NCBI RefSeq assembly: GCF_006345805.1
Contig: NC_042997.1
Span: forward strand, 4,216,001-4,280,000
Reading direction: 5' to 3'
Source: Octopus sinensis
Lineage: Eukaryota
Length of the DNA stretch: 64,000 nt
Of the stretch, positions 23,976 through 36,530 are shown piece by piece; position 1 is the stretch's first letter, and each line of letters starts with the position of its first letter. The position numbers were made by a program, and so were the translations under genes. The notes under the pieces are model-generated. The model ran no database searches. It saw nothing but the letters and a program-made list of their open reading frames with translations, and was not told the DNA's origin.

Positions 23976-24524
23976 AAAATGTTGCAATATATTCTTGTCT
24001 ACTTGTGCTTGTTTTTCGCACGCGCGTATATATATATGTATGTATGTATGCATAAGAAAGTGTCTGTTTTTGATGTGAGTGAATACTCGTGTGTTTTGCG
24101 TTCGATCTAAATAATTATATTTACTTCTTGCTTTGTATTGGGTTCCATTTAATTAAATAATTCGAGACATATCGGCACTAATAAGCAATAATATTTTGAT
24201 ATTAATGGATATTTTATTTTCAGAAGAAAATTTTCTTCGTCATTCAGCAGTAAAAAGACGTAGTATGGAGTCATTAGAGAAGCAAATCCCTTACCAACGC
24301 CGATATAATGTTACAAAAGAAAAAAAATACGAATCTCCTAATTAATAATATCAATATTCAAAGAAATTTGGCATCACAAATTCTGTAGCAATTAATTTGA
24401 AGAAACCTGATTATACATAAATGATAAAAATTTAAAAACATATTTTATGCAATTTCATCACGTAACACAATAAAAGTTATATAAAATCTTATATCTTTCC
24501 AAGCAATTACATATATTCATAGGA

Positions 24525-24656
24525 ATGAATCATCATCATAATCTTCATCGCCATCTCCACCACAGTCATCATCATTATCATCACTATCATCACCATCACC
24601 ATCATCGTCATCATCGTCATAATCTTCATCATCGTCATCATCGTCATCATCATCAT

Positions 24657-24688
<32 letters not shown>

Positions 24689-24750
24689 CCATCATCATCA
24701 TTACCACTTCCACCATCATCACCTTCGTTGTCATCTTCATCGTCATTGTA
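24525..24750. repeat. (CAT)n-type trinucleotide repeat
   Basis: Directly visible; produces spurious poly-His, poly-Asp and poly-Met ORFs. Confidence 0.95.
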
Positions 24751-25500
24751 ATGTATCCGCTTTCTATGCGGCCATATATTGGACGCTAGTCGTTTCGTAT
24801 TGGGAGGCACTGAACACTTGAAGTCAATAAAGTGTGCGATGTTATATAAAGGGCAGTTAATAATTAGAAAGCTACCCTCTTCAAACCAATTAAAAGATGT
24901 TCCCCAATGGCAAATACAACGCTAATACAAGAACTGAAAGTTGATGCCGTCATTGTTGCCATATCTGCTGGTCACTAGTAATTTCTATTTTTCAAAATGT
25001 TGTAAGATCTTTTGTATATAATGTTCAGATATTCTAAACGTCCTTTCTCTATTAGGACACTGCCAGTTATCTCCATGCAATGAGAAAGATGTGAAAAAGC
25101 AAAATTGCTTCGACATTTTCAATAGCCTAAACTGTAACGACTACATACTATGTATGAGCAAATGTGGACACTGTCAAACCGCAACATGTCATACTGTATG
25201 TGCTTAGAGAGAGTGATCCTGTACCTAGGTAGATATGGATATATGAGCTGGTAGAATCGTTACTATGTGGAATCTGAAATGTTAAGAGATAAAATTTTGC
25301 TCAGGTTAACTTCTGTTATTTCCGTGTCAATAAAACAATCAGGAATTGAGCACTGGTCACTATGTAAAAGATTGGCACATCGCCCAGTTACTGCTGGATC
25401 TTGCCAAAATTTGAAACCATTAAACCTTGTGAACATTCAATAAGTTAAGCTTGCGGAATGGGATGCTTAATTGTATTTTGACCGTGTTTAGATTTTGAAC
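24750..25500 (-). mobile_element. Possible very degenerate CR1/L2-type LINE 3' fragment
   Basis: Weak resemblance of minus-strand translations ('FAFSHLSHCMEITGS...GRLEYL', 'NDGINFQF') to CR1 RT C-termini. Not decisive. Confidence 0.3.
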
Positions 25501-25631
25501 ATAATTTCCTCTGCAGAAACATTTCAGGGTCGAGGAAATAAAATACTATGGGAATACTGAGGTTGATATGATGAACTAGCCAATTACACCAATATATCAA
25601 GCATTATACCTATATTAAAAAAACGTTTTGT

Positions 25632-25687
<56 letters not shown>

Positions 25688-25706
25688 TGATGACGACGAC
25701 GACGAC

Positions 25707-25751
<45 letters not shown>

Positions 25752-26124
25752 ATTATTATTATTATTTTCATTAGCAATTTCTTTCAATTCTGTTTCCATT
25801 TCTAGCTGGCACCTAAAGCACAGAAACGTACTGTATACTTTTGGAGGCCATAAAAAATGAACACAAAAATTGTTCACTTACAAACTCAAGATATAAATAA
25901 TGAAAGTAGGGAAGATACAGAGAATAAGAGAATAATTTTAATAAGTAAAGAAATAAAGGGCGAAAACGAAAGATTGATTATTATTATTATTACTTTTTTT
26001 TGTTCTTCTTTCAAATTTGCTTCCATTTCTTGCCGAGTGTCTTCCCGACTCCTAGGCCAAAGAAACTCATAGTATACATTGGTAGGCCATTAAACCAAAC
26101 TCAATAGTTCGTTCATTTTAAACA

Positions 26125-26243
26125 AATTTTTATTATTATTATTATTATTATTATGATTATTATTATTATTATAATTATTATTATTATTAATATTATTATT
26201 ATTATTATTATTATAATTATTTTTATTATTATTATTATTATTA

Positions 26244-26294
<51 letters not shown>

Positions 26295-26356
26295 TAGTAG
26301 TAGTAGTAGTTAGTAGTAGTAGTAGTAGTAGTTAGTAGTAGTAGTAGTAGTAGTAG
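26125..26356. repeat. (ATT)n/(AGT)n tract forming the 3' tail/target of the adjacent R4-type LINE
   Basis: Directly visible; reads (AAT)n on the LINE sense strand. Confidence 0.9.
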
Positions 26357-28720
26357 AGTGCCTTTGCACAGCTGTTAACGCTGGAGATTTAATGCGGTGT
26401 CAGCTGTTCACTACCAGCGAACTAAGCTAACACCACTTATTTTTCGAGCACATTCCGGAGTATTCGGTTCCAAGCAAAGCTTTCGTCTGCAAGTGATCCA
26501 AAATTATTGGAGCCCCGTTTTGTTCCATGTTCTTCCCGAGATTTTTACTCAATGTTCCCAGGGCTCTGATAATTATTGGTACCGCTACCACCTTTTTAGT
26601 CAAGCTCAACAGCTTTACCTGCAAAGTTAACCTGTCATAAGTGTTGACATTTCTTCGTTCCTTATTGCATAGCTTGTTGTCAGCTGGTCATGCTATATCT
26701 GTGATCCAGCATTGTTTGGTTTCTTTCTTAATTAAGACTATGTCTGGTTTCCTGTTCACCATCTCATGGTCACATTGTATCATAAAATCCCGCAGGATCC
26801 TTGCATTATAATTTTCGAAGATGCCGTCGGGTTTGTGGTCTACCAATTATTCTCTCTGTCAAGTACATACTAGTTGCAAAGTGTCCAATAAACAAGCCTT
26901 GCTATATTGTCGTGGCGTCTCTTATATTCCTTCCGGGATAGGGGCGTACATTGGCTGGTAATATGCCATACGGTTTCACGATTTAATCCACAGATTCTGC
27001 TCTTAACACTTTCTGATATGTTGTCTATTTTGTATTTTATGTAGTTAGTTTTTAGTGCTTGTTCTTGAGCAGCACAGATTAGAGCCTCATTTTCTGGTTT
27101 TCAATCACTTTTAGTCATGCACAGCCATCATTTTTCTCTGTCTCTCTTATCTTCAACATCACTATGAAATTGATCATGTATTCATTTCTTTACCCAGCTC
27201 TTTTCAGTTTCAATCGTTTTCAGTTGCTTGTATGGTGCTTTATCCTTGCAATCTTTCATCCCACACAAGCCTGACTTCTAAAAATAGCGGTTCTGAAGCA
27301 TCTTTTACCTATCATGCTATATTGTTTTCTTCTGCCTTAATGATGTGTTCATATCCAATAAGTCCTCTTTCCCCTATTTTTCTTCGTACATATAGTATGT
27401 CTATGTCATATTTTGTGTGGAGTGCTCCATACATAGTTAGCAACTTCCTTGTCTTTCTGTCTAAGATGTATAGTTCGTCTAATATCCATACGATTACCTT
27501 GCTCCATATCAAAAATCCGCTAGTACTTATATCCCGTCTCTTCTATCTGCTTCATAACCCCACCCCCGGCGGTATCGAGAGCCCGTCCATATATTTGATT
27601 TTGCCTATCTTCCAGACTAACACACTACAATTTCTCACTACGAATTCCATTCTGATATCAGCACTGAAAGTATAGAACGTATCACCGAGAGAACTGATTT
27701 GGGCTTCATTCTTTTTACCATAAAGTTTGAGATCATCCATGAAAGACAATCGGTTAACTTTTTGTTGGCGGCTTTTGAATACCTATCCAGCGTTTGCTTT
27801 CCTCATTATCCATGTTACTGGTATCAAGTACAGTGCAAAGATCAATGCGGACAGGCAGTCCCTTTGGAAGATACCCCTCCTGATTTCTACTGTCCCTAAA
27901 CTTATTCCGTATGCTGTTAGGTCCGTCCACCAATTTGCCACAATCTTCAAGAACTTAATTTACATTTTCTTGTCCTGCCAAATTGTGCTCTCTCTGGTCT
28001 TTATTAAATTGTGTTGGATCAATGAATTTGTCAACTTTCAAGATTTCCTTTCTTTCCCCTGATTCAATCATTTTCTCTTTACTCCTCTTAACATACGCAG
28101 GCTATACTCCTCATATGTTTCACAAACTTCCCAACACACTAATCTCCTCCCTTCTTCTTTACATAGATCTCTGACACATCATTCATAGCGTATAGTTTCT
28201 CGTTCATTAAATTATTTGTTCCCCGATGTATCTCTTGTAATTCATGCTTCTTCCAAGATACTATTCCTGCTCCATATATCATCAAACAACTGCCCAGGTG
28301 TTAATTACTCTTAACTTGTAGCAGCCGTTTAGCTTCGATTAGTACACTAGCCGAGTCCTCATCATATGCTCCGTCCTGTACATTTCTTTCATCTTGTTTT
28401 CATTCATTTTATCACTTTCAATGATACCCAGGAACATATATGCTTCCTCTACGAATTCCTTTATAGTTTTATCACTTTCCATCTTGATCCTATGGTTTGT
28501 ACCGATTTTCCCCTCTTTTAAGAGCCATTACATCACATTTCTCGATCCCAAATACCATGCCATAGTTTTGCTAATCATCTGTGCAGTTGGCGTCAAACTC
28601 AATCTTAGCAAATAGCTTTAGGTTATCCATGAACCACGGGTTGTTTACAATCACCTTGCCTAGTTTGTAACCCCACGCATCTTTGTTAAATAATAATGAG
28701 AGGAATATGGAGAAGAAGAA
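26357..28720 (-). mobile_element. Degenerate R4/Dong-clade RLE non-LTR retrotransposon (RT to 3' end)
   Basis: Minus strand 'GIFQRDCLSALIF', 'SFMDDLKLYGKK', 'ELYILDRKTRKLLTMYGALH', 'DFMIQCDHEMVNRKPDIVLI...DIA' (PD..D nuclease), 'VPIIIRALG', 'LQTKALLGT'. Confidence 0.88.
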
Positions 28721-28814
28721 GAAGAAGAAGAAGAAGAAAAAAAAACAAGAATATTGCAGCCACTGTCAGGCTCGAGGTGAATAACCGCTAATTGAAAATA
28801 ATCCGAGAATCATT

Positions 28815-28880
28815 CAGAACAACAACAACAGCAGCAGCAACAACAGCAGCAACGACAACAACAACAACAACAATAATAAC

Positions 28881-28951
<71 letters not shown>

Positions 28952-28962
28952 ATTAATAATAA
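28815..28962. repeat. (AAC/AGC)n + (AAT)n tract
   Basis: Directly visible; lies between two divergently oriented R4-type copies. Confidence 0.95.
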
Positions 28963-28964
28963 TG

Positions 28965-30185
28965 GAAACGCTCGACATGTGTGGAATAGCTGAGAACGTG
29001 TGTGCAATGAAAAAGAACAGCATGCTTATTTGGAAAACGCTTCTTTCCTGTAACAACCAGCACGTATCCGAAATGTCAATCAAAAGTGATATCTTGCAAC
29101 AAAACTATTGTTCACCTCTGTTACTTATTATAGCCTTCATCCTAATTTCTGTAGTCCTAACTAAAATTACCGTGTACTATGAGCTGAGAAAGAATAGACT
29201 TCGTCTCAACCACCTTCCCTTCATGGATTACTTAAAACAGAGCCTGAAATGGAGAGGTTGGTTGAGACTGTGCAAATGTGCCACCAGGATATAGAGATGG
29301 AATTCGGTATCAGGAAGTGTGTGGGGCTTAATTTGAAGCGGGGGTGGGTGGAAGAGTAATTTGTAAGGGCATAGAATTGCCAAACAGAAATAGAATGGAA
29401 GAGCCGGATGATGATGAGTACAATTACCGTAAGATCCTGGAGCTGGACAATATCTTGCACAGATACATGAAAAATAAGGTCACCACTGTATATTTCAAGC
29501 AACTCATTCTTCTCTTGAAATCGAAGCTCATCTAGAGGAACCTTGTGACTGCCATCAACATATGGGCTGTTGCTATAGGCTGCTATAAAGTACCCATCTG
29601 GTGATGGATACAAGCGGAGATTTACAAGCTCGATCTCACCACCCGAAAGACAATGACTATATATTGTGCCCAGCCCCTTATGGCAAATGTACGCAGGTTG
29701 TACATAAGGGTACGTAAGGGTGGATGTAGGGTGATTAGTGTACAGTAGTGCATCAAACGTGAAAAATGATGCATGGCAGAATATTTGGGAAAACAGCAAA
29801 GAATGACTGCAGCAGCAGAAGGTGTTAACACAAATAGGCCTCTGAGTGCTCATAAATTCTGAACAAGAACAGGCAACGAGAGAGAAGAAATCTTACTCCG
29901 TATGGAATCACAAGCTCAGTTACACCCTGTAACCAACAAATTAAAAGACCAGGAAGCAACATGGGTGTGGTTCAATAATTGTGACATAAAAAAAATACTG
30001 AAAGCCTAATCATCGCGACCGAGGACCAGGTACTCTATACCAACAAAGTTGCAAAATGTGTGGGAAGAGGGTCGAAAGTATGACTCACTTTGTTAGTGCT
30101 TGTGAAAGTCTTGCGCAGAAAGAGTACAAGCTTAGACACGACTAAGTTGCTCAAAACTTTCGATGGCTAATATGCTTTAAATGCA
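28965..30185 (+). mobile_element. Degenerate R4/Dong-type LINE fragment
   Basis: 'NHLPFMDYLKQ', 'YNYRKILELDNILH', 'RNLVTAINIWAV', 'EIYKLDLTTRKTMT', 'TESLIIATEDQVL', 'CGKRVESMTHFVSACESLAQKEYKLRHD'. Confidence 0.82.
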
Positions 30186-30663
30186 GTAAGGTTTCAAGAT
30201 AAGAGTTGACTACAATTTTACTTTTATTAGTTTCCGTTTAATAAATTTAATATTTCTATTAGTTAATGGTAACTTTACTTTAAAGCTTTATTTGTATGGA
30301 CTTGAAGACTGGTCGTTATTTAATATATACTTTTGTTATGATAGGTTATTATTAATACCGATACAGATGTACATACTTTTATGTGTTTTTTTCGTTGTAG
30401 TTTAATTTGTAGTTGATGTCTAATCGTGCCTATATTCAGATAGAATGAATGTGGTTATTAAGTTAATAATTTATCGTATACTTTGGAAGACTGTAGTGAA
30501 TAGTTTTTGGTGCTGGTTTGTCCGCTCTTTATTTACACATTTAGGAGTTGGTTATAGATTTACTTATTGTATTTATTTACCGATACTCTGCATAGGGTGA
30601 ATGTGTTTGTAAGTTACAGTTCCTTTGGTATGTTTGTTCCCAATCGACTTTTATTCTAGTGCT

Positions 30664-30762
30664 GTTGACTCTGCCGGGTTGAAAGGTACTGCCCAGGTGT
30701 CGAAGCTGGTGATCGAGGAATGTCGACACCTGGTCAGTACCATTCAACCCGGCAGTATCAAC
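30664..30762. ncRNA. GC-rich 40-bp stem-loop, pri-miRNA-like candidate
   Basis: Arms 30664-30703 and 30723-30762 pair with 4 mismatches around a 19-nt loop. Function is unproven. Confidence 0.35.
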
Positions 30763-30904
30763 GTTGCATTGTTTTAATCCAAAAACATTACATGTTGACA
30801 CTCGCGGGGTCTCAGAGTAGTACCATGAAAAATTGATTTGAGTTTGTTGACACGTTTGAGAATGAATTGCGAACAGAAAGATAAAGGATTATATATCTAT
30901 TGTG

Positions 30905-31087
30905 ATTGTGACCTCCTTCGGTTATGAATGACCATGGAATTGCTCCTAGAAAGTTACCCTATGAGGTACAAGTCTGGGGAAGGTTGTTTATGGAAGACCA
31001 TCAGTCGCCCACGCATACCAGCCTCCCCTCTCCACCCCACCGATGTTATCCAAGGGAAAGGCAAAGGCCGATACAGCTTGGCCCCAG
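30905..31087 (-). mobile_element. SINE 3' module fragment
   Basis: GC-rich 'ggttgtttatggaagaccatcagtcgcccacgcataccagcctcccctctcc...gggaaaggcaaaggccgatacagcttgg' abutting a SINE. I recall it as a common octopus repeat; not verified. Confidence 0.5.
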
Positions 31088-31419
31088 TGACATCGCAGCT
31101 CATTCATTAACGTGCAAGTGGCTGAGCACTCCGCAGACACGCGTGCCCTTAACGTAGTTCTCGAGGAGATTCAGCGTGACACAGAGTGTGACAAGCCTGG
31201 CCCATTGAAATACAGGTACAACAGAAACAGGAAGAAAGAGTGAGAGAAAGTTGTGATGAAAGAGCATAGCAGGGTTCCCCACCACCCCATGCCAGAACAT
31301 CTTGGAGCTTTAGGTGTTTTCGCTGAACAAACACTCACAATGCCCTGTTTAGGAATTGAAACCGCGATCCTCCGGCCGCGAGTCTGCTGCCCTAACCACT
31401 GGGCCATTGCCCCTCCACT
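31088..31419 (-). mobile_element. Chimeric SINE: family B head with family A tail
   Basis: 31230-31419 matches 5551-5740 in reverse complement; 31088-31200 matches 1832-1925. Confidence 0.85.
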
Positions 31420-33939
31420 ATATCTATATATATATTGATTATTAATATCATCATCATCATCATCATCGTCATCTTTTTCTTTCTTGTTGTCTTCCTTTGT
31501 CGTCATCATCATCGTTACCATCACCATCTTCGTCGTCATCAACTTCGTCATCATCATTATCGCCATCAGTGTGGTTACATAATTTGGCATGGTGGACATT
31601 ACTGCCCACGGTGTTTTGTCCGGCTCTTTCTATTCTGAATTGAAATGCCACCAAGGTCAATGTTGGCCCTCCGGATTTTGGAGTCAATAAACTAAGGTAT
31701 CAACAAGGTACTCAAGTCGATGCTTTACTATATTCTCTGACCAGAAAATCATTAACATTGTTTCTTAATCAGTGACTCGTATTAGCTTTATCATTAGTGT
31801 TATTTTTATTTTAAGATCATGTGATATATTGATTGTTATATTGAAGTGAGATTTCTTTGAGTGTTTATACATTTTCTAAAGTTTAAATGTTGCGTGTCTG
31901 TCTGACAAATTTCTGAATTAAAACAATCTAATAAATGCAAAAAGGAAGAATAAATAAATATTTCGTTAACGATAAACGCTCAATAATAGCGTCTTATATT
32001 AGTTTATTAATTATGCACCAATTTGAAATATATTAACAACACAAGTTTATACATTGAAAATGTATCTACAAAACGTGCCTTACAATAAATTGTAATCGAG
32101 AAAATATATCATTTGTCTCGGGACATTTATGAATTAATGTGAAATGCCGTATTTTGCACATACAAAATACGAAATTTTTCATTATTTGGTTCCATATTTA
32201 TTCGTAATCATGCAATTTACATTTCTTCCTACTTATATTTTCTAATCAATAAAATTATTATATTATTTACAATATTTAGTATTATCTCACATGAATTGAA
32301 GGAATAATATCAAATATCCTAGCTACATTTTTTTCTCACCACTAAATTAAATTACGAATATAAAGTAACTTCAATATGATATTCAATATTTTGCAGTCAA
32401 ATAATTTGAATATTTCTTACACCATTACGATGAGGAATTTTATAACTCTACCGTAGGATTTAGACAATGTTTGCTTCAATACTGTATGTCATTGTCCTCA
32501 CCAATGCATTTATTCAAGAAAAGTAATACATTACACCTTCAAAAATGAATAATCTGCAATATAATTTTCTATAGAAACTAGACAAAAGAAAGCAAGCTTT
32601 ATATGAACTTGGGGACCCCGAATTGTTGGTGATGCCTTAAATACATATTCAATATCTTCCATTTAAAGCAGGTATAAAAAATAGGGAATGCGTGGACGAA
32701 ATCGATGCATAATCTGAAGCAACATGTGAGTAAGATTTTTTTTTATAATGAAAGGATAATGATTTTTAGAATTTTATTGCGACATGACTCAGCAGACTGT
32801 TTGTGTCCCACCATACTTCGTTCACATTTTAAAAGATTCATGAGATTTTTATCTTGTTCAGTTATTTATTTTTTTTATTTTGTCCGAGTATATGCAACGG
32901 TCAGATATATACGTGTTACTACTGACTGAAAGTACCTTAGACCGTGCTACCGACTGAAATCCACAGGCATTCAGCTTGGAAATAACAGATTTTTGTAGAA
33001 CCCATTGGAGGGAGAAATATTAGATGCTCAGCAACAGAGGAAGAGGAATATTTATTATGAGCGAAATATATGCTGACCTGTATTTGTCACTAGTTTTTGT
33101 CATCATCTGTACTTTGATGCTATTTTGTTCTTGCCATTTGAAACAAATAAAAGAGTGCTTCCTCTTTATAACAAAACGCCTTTCTATATATGAAATTAAA
33201 ATAAACGTTGCCCCCGACTGGCTGTAAATGGATTGGGACGGTCAATCTGTGAGAAAACAAGCTATGAATTCCAAATATCGTGAGAACTTCATTTGTAGCT
33301 ATGATTGGTATTTCAGTGGGAATTAATTTTTTATCAGAAATCGCTTAAAAAGCACGGAATATAATAACATTTATTGCAATGATAAAGCATAGCGTGGATT
33401 AGAAAAAAAAATTAAAATTTAACCATTACGTTACATGCCGATTAAATAAAATGACTTTTGAGATAGACGCAAATAATAGTTAATGATTTCTATCTACGTG
33501 ATCTTTCTGTATTTTCTTTATATTATCAGTGGAAGTAAATTAAAAAGGAATGCATTAAATTCACTAAATGCAATGTGTTAACAAATTTAATGTGAAAACG
33601 AGAATGGAATGTCATATGTATTCGATATTACATCGGTAAAATATTATGGTAAAAATACGAGATCGTAAGCAACTTAACAATATTACACTCTTTTAAATAA
33701 ATAACTGTAGCACAAAACTGAAATACATATTTACCTTGAGAAAGAGAACTGAGAAGTAGCGTACTTACATATATTTGCATACACACATGGATTAATACTA
33801 CGAGAGCCTACATACATGACCCAATTCTTTCAAAGATTTCAATGTTTACATATATATATATATAATATATATATATATAAATAAATGGAGAGTTATATAT
33901 AGGTATATTTATGTATGTATGTATATTTGTATATACATA

Positions 33940-33981
<42 letters not shown>

Positions 33982-34097
33982 AAGAGCAATAAAGATTCAA
34001 GTTAATTTAAAAAATTTACTTGAATATGGTACCTAACTTAGATGCACCAAAAAAAACTATACTGATTTAACAATACAGTAATGTGGGGTGATTATAA

Positions 34098-34503
34098 GCG
34101 AGAAAGAAGCAACAAGAATGGATAGGTTTTTAGTACGATCGTTTCATACAAGGACAGGTTTTATTAAAAGTTGCAAAGATTACAGCATATAAACGAGTCC
34201 CGTACTCATCAGCTAAAATACATGTAAGTTCTCTAGACATCCTAGTTTTTTTTTTAAATTCTGTGATAAGACTGTACATCATCTTTAAAGAACTTTAATG
34301 AACTTTAGAAATCTGTTTAATTATCTACATTACTTCATGAGTATAGCCTCTAACACTAGGATGTCTAGAGAACTTACATGTATTTTAGCTGATGAGTACG
34401 GGACTCGTTTATATGCTGTAATCTTTGCAACTTTTAATAAAACCTGTCCTTGTATGAAACGATCGTACTAAAAACCTATCCATTCTTGTTGCTTCTTTCT
34501 CGC
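34098..34503. repeat. Perfect 149-bp inverted repeat with 108-bp spacer
   Basis: 34098-34246 is the exact reverse complement of 34355-34503 by manual comparison. Confidence 0.93.
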
Positions 34504-34514
34504 GTATATATATA

Positions 34515-34565
<51 letters not shown>

Positions 34566-34567
34566 GT

Positions 34568-34848
34568 ATACATATATGAGAGGGAATCCACTAAAAGTGA
34601 ACTCCCTTACGCTAGCCACTAACGGTTGTTCTCAAGAAAAAATTTAGCATACCATGAACGTAAGCGGGCAGGACAAATGAAAAAATAACAAAAATATAGA
34701 TTACCCTATACAATTAATCTATATTTTTGTTATCTTTCATTTGTCCTGCCGCTTACGTTCATGGTGTCCTAAATGTTTTCTTGAGAACAACCTTTAGTGG
34801 CTAGCGTAAGGGAGTTCACTTTTAGTGGATTCCCTCTCATATATGTAT
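34568..34848. mobile_element. Foldback/MITE-like near-perfect palindrome
   Basis: Arms 34568-34703 and 34715-34848 with a few mismatches and an 11-nt loop; TA-rich flanks. Confidence 0.85.
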
Positions 34849-34945
34849 TAATAATTTTTACTGAATCTCATTTTTTTATGCGCTAAACATTAGTGTTAAA
34901 CTGAAATTAATATACGATTTTCACCCACATTTTGATTATATTATG

Positions 34946-35014
<69 letters not shown>

Positions 35015-35017
<3 letters not shown>

Positions 35018-35450
35018 GGAGGGATCTTAGAAGGAGGAAACTGTGGAAATTGATAAAATGTTACGTTTCATGTGTGTAGTTTGTGGGCGGAGGTGCTTGA
35101 GTCGTGCAGTCCTAGTGAGCCATCAAAATTCTCACAGAAATCAACCCATGATAAGCAATGATGTGGCTATTAAAATTCTGGACAGAACATGTGTAAAATG
35201 TGGAAAGGTGTGTCTCTCAGTTGGAGGTCTAAAAAGACATGTTAAGAGAGGAGTGCATATGGTGGCACCTGTTTCTCCTGCCAGCCAGTACAGCTGTCTA
35301 GTTTGTAATAAAATGTGTAAAAGCTTGACTAGCCTTAAAAGTCATGTAAGGGCATCACATGGCAACAATTATCAAAAATTTCAATAAGTCTTCTTCGCAA
35401 TGGCTTTTCTAGTGGAACGAGGATGCTGCTGTGATATATATACACACAGA
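35015..35450 (+). mobile_element. 3' end of an RTE-type LINE encoding three C2H2-like zinc fingers
   Basis: ORF 35043-35387: CVVC..HQNSH, CVKC..HVKRGVH, CLVC..HVRASH, with no TGEKP linkers. Finger 1 resembles the RTE tail finger at 57360-57470. Inserted in (TA)n. Confidence 0.65.
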
Positions 35451-35727
35451 GAGAGACAGACAGGCAAACACATGCACACACAAACGCATGCACACACAAG
35501 CACACGCACACACAAACATATGCATCATGTTCAATACGTACGTTTTCACATTTTGAGGTGGAAATTGCTGCTCTTTTTAAAACTTTTGTAAATATAATAT
35601 TTTGAGTATCATTAATTAAGAAATATTGGCATTTACCCTGGTTATTGGTAAAGCGCAACATAGGATTGTATTGTTTTATGATGTTTCTACTTCTATATTA
35701 ATTTTTTTAAGACTGACAATGGAAAGT

Positions 35728-35728
35728 G

Positions 35729-35811
<83 letters not shown>

Positions 35812-35820
35812 ATCTATCTA

Positions 35821-35896
<76 letters not shown>

Positions 35897-35910
35897 TATA
35901 TATATATAAT
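35728..35910. repeat. (TATC)n + (TA)n microsatellite
   Basis: Directly visible. Confidence 0.95.
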
Positions 35911-36367
35911 TAAAAATTATGACAGCCTAAATAATACAAAAATATAAAAAGCAATTCTTTTTCTTCATTTAATTGCAATTAGTATTTAGAATGACTTAAT
36001 ATTTAAAGCCAGTACAAAGATGTGGTATAACGTATTGATGAATATGTGATAAAATCAAATGATATAAAAAAATGATGATTAGCTAAAACGAGAGATAAAA
36101 CAAATCATTTAACATAAAATGATACAATTATAATTGCTCAATATTAAGTAATCATATTTTGAAATTAATTGCAAACATTTAAAACTGTTTTATCTCATAC
36201 ACAAAGGTTAATGAAGTGAAGTGATGGAGTTTTGCTATTTCATCTCTGTTCCAAGCATTGAAAAGCACATTCATTTGAACATTACTTCAACAAGCCACAA
36301 ATTCACCTATTATCACTACACATCATTATAATTATCATAAAATTTATCAACATCATCATTACTTTTT

Positions 36368-36530
36368 TGAGCTGTGAAAATCGTTAGTGCAACGGAAACA
36401 TGGCTAGCGATTTTTCTTCAAGACTTTTCCCATGTGAGTTCAAATTTTGTCGAGGCTAATTTGGCCTTTCAACATTTCAGGGCTGTATGGAAGAAATTGA
36501 TTATTCTCTCTACCAACACCCCTCTTAAAA
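36368..36530 (+). mobile_element. Highly diverged family C SINE
   Basis: 'gagctgtgaaaatcgttagtgc...tgtgagttcaaattttgtcgaggctaatttggcctttc'. Confidence 0.6.

Noticed and set aside
24507-24821. Poly-His, poly-Asp and poly-Met ORFs
   Set aside because: All are frames of one (CAT)n microsatellite; no splice or composition support.
32420-32482. Minus-strand candidate exon LKQTLSKSYGRVIKFLIVM|gtaaga
   Set aside because: Poor acceptor and not phase-linked to the other candidates; too weak to call.
33024-33227. ORF with a hydrophobic stretch resembling a signal peptide or TM helix
   Set aside because: T-rich DNA yields such stretches by chance; no supporting gene structure.
35043-35387. Canonical host C2H2-ZNF gene
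   Set aside because: No TGEKP linkers or conserved Phe, starts abruptly in (TA)n, and resembles the RTE tail finger at 57360-57470.
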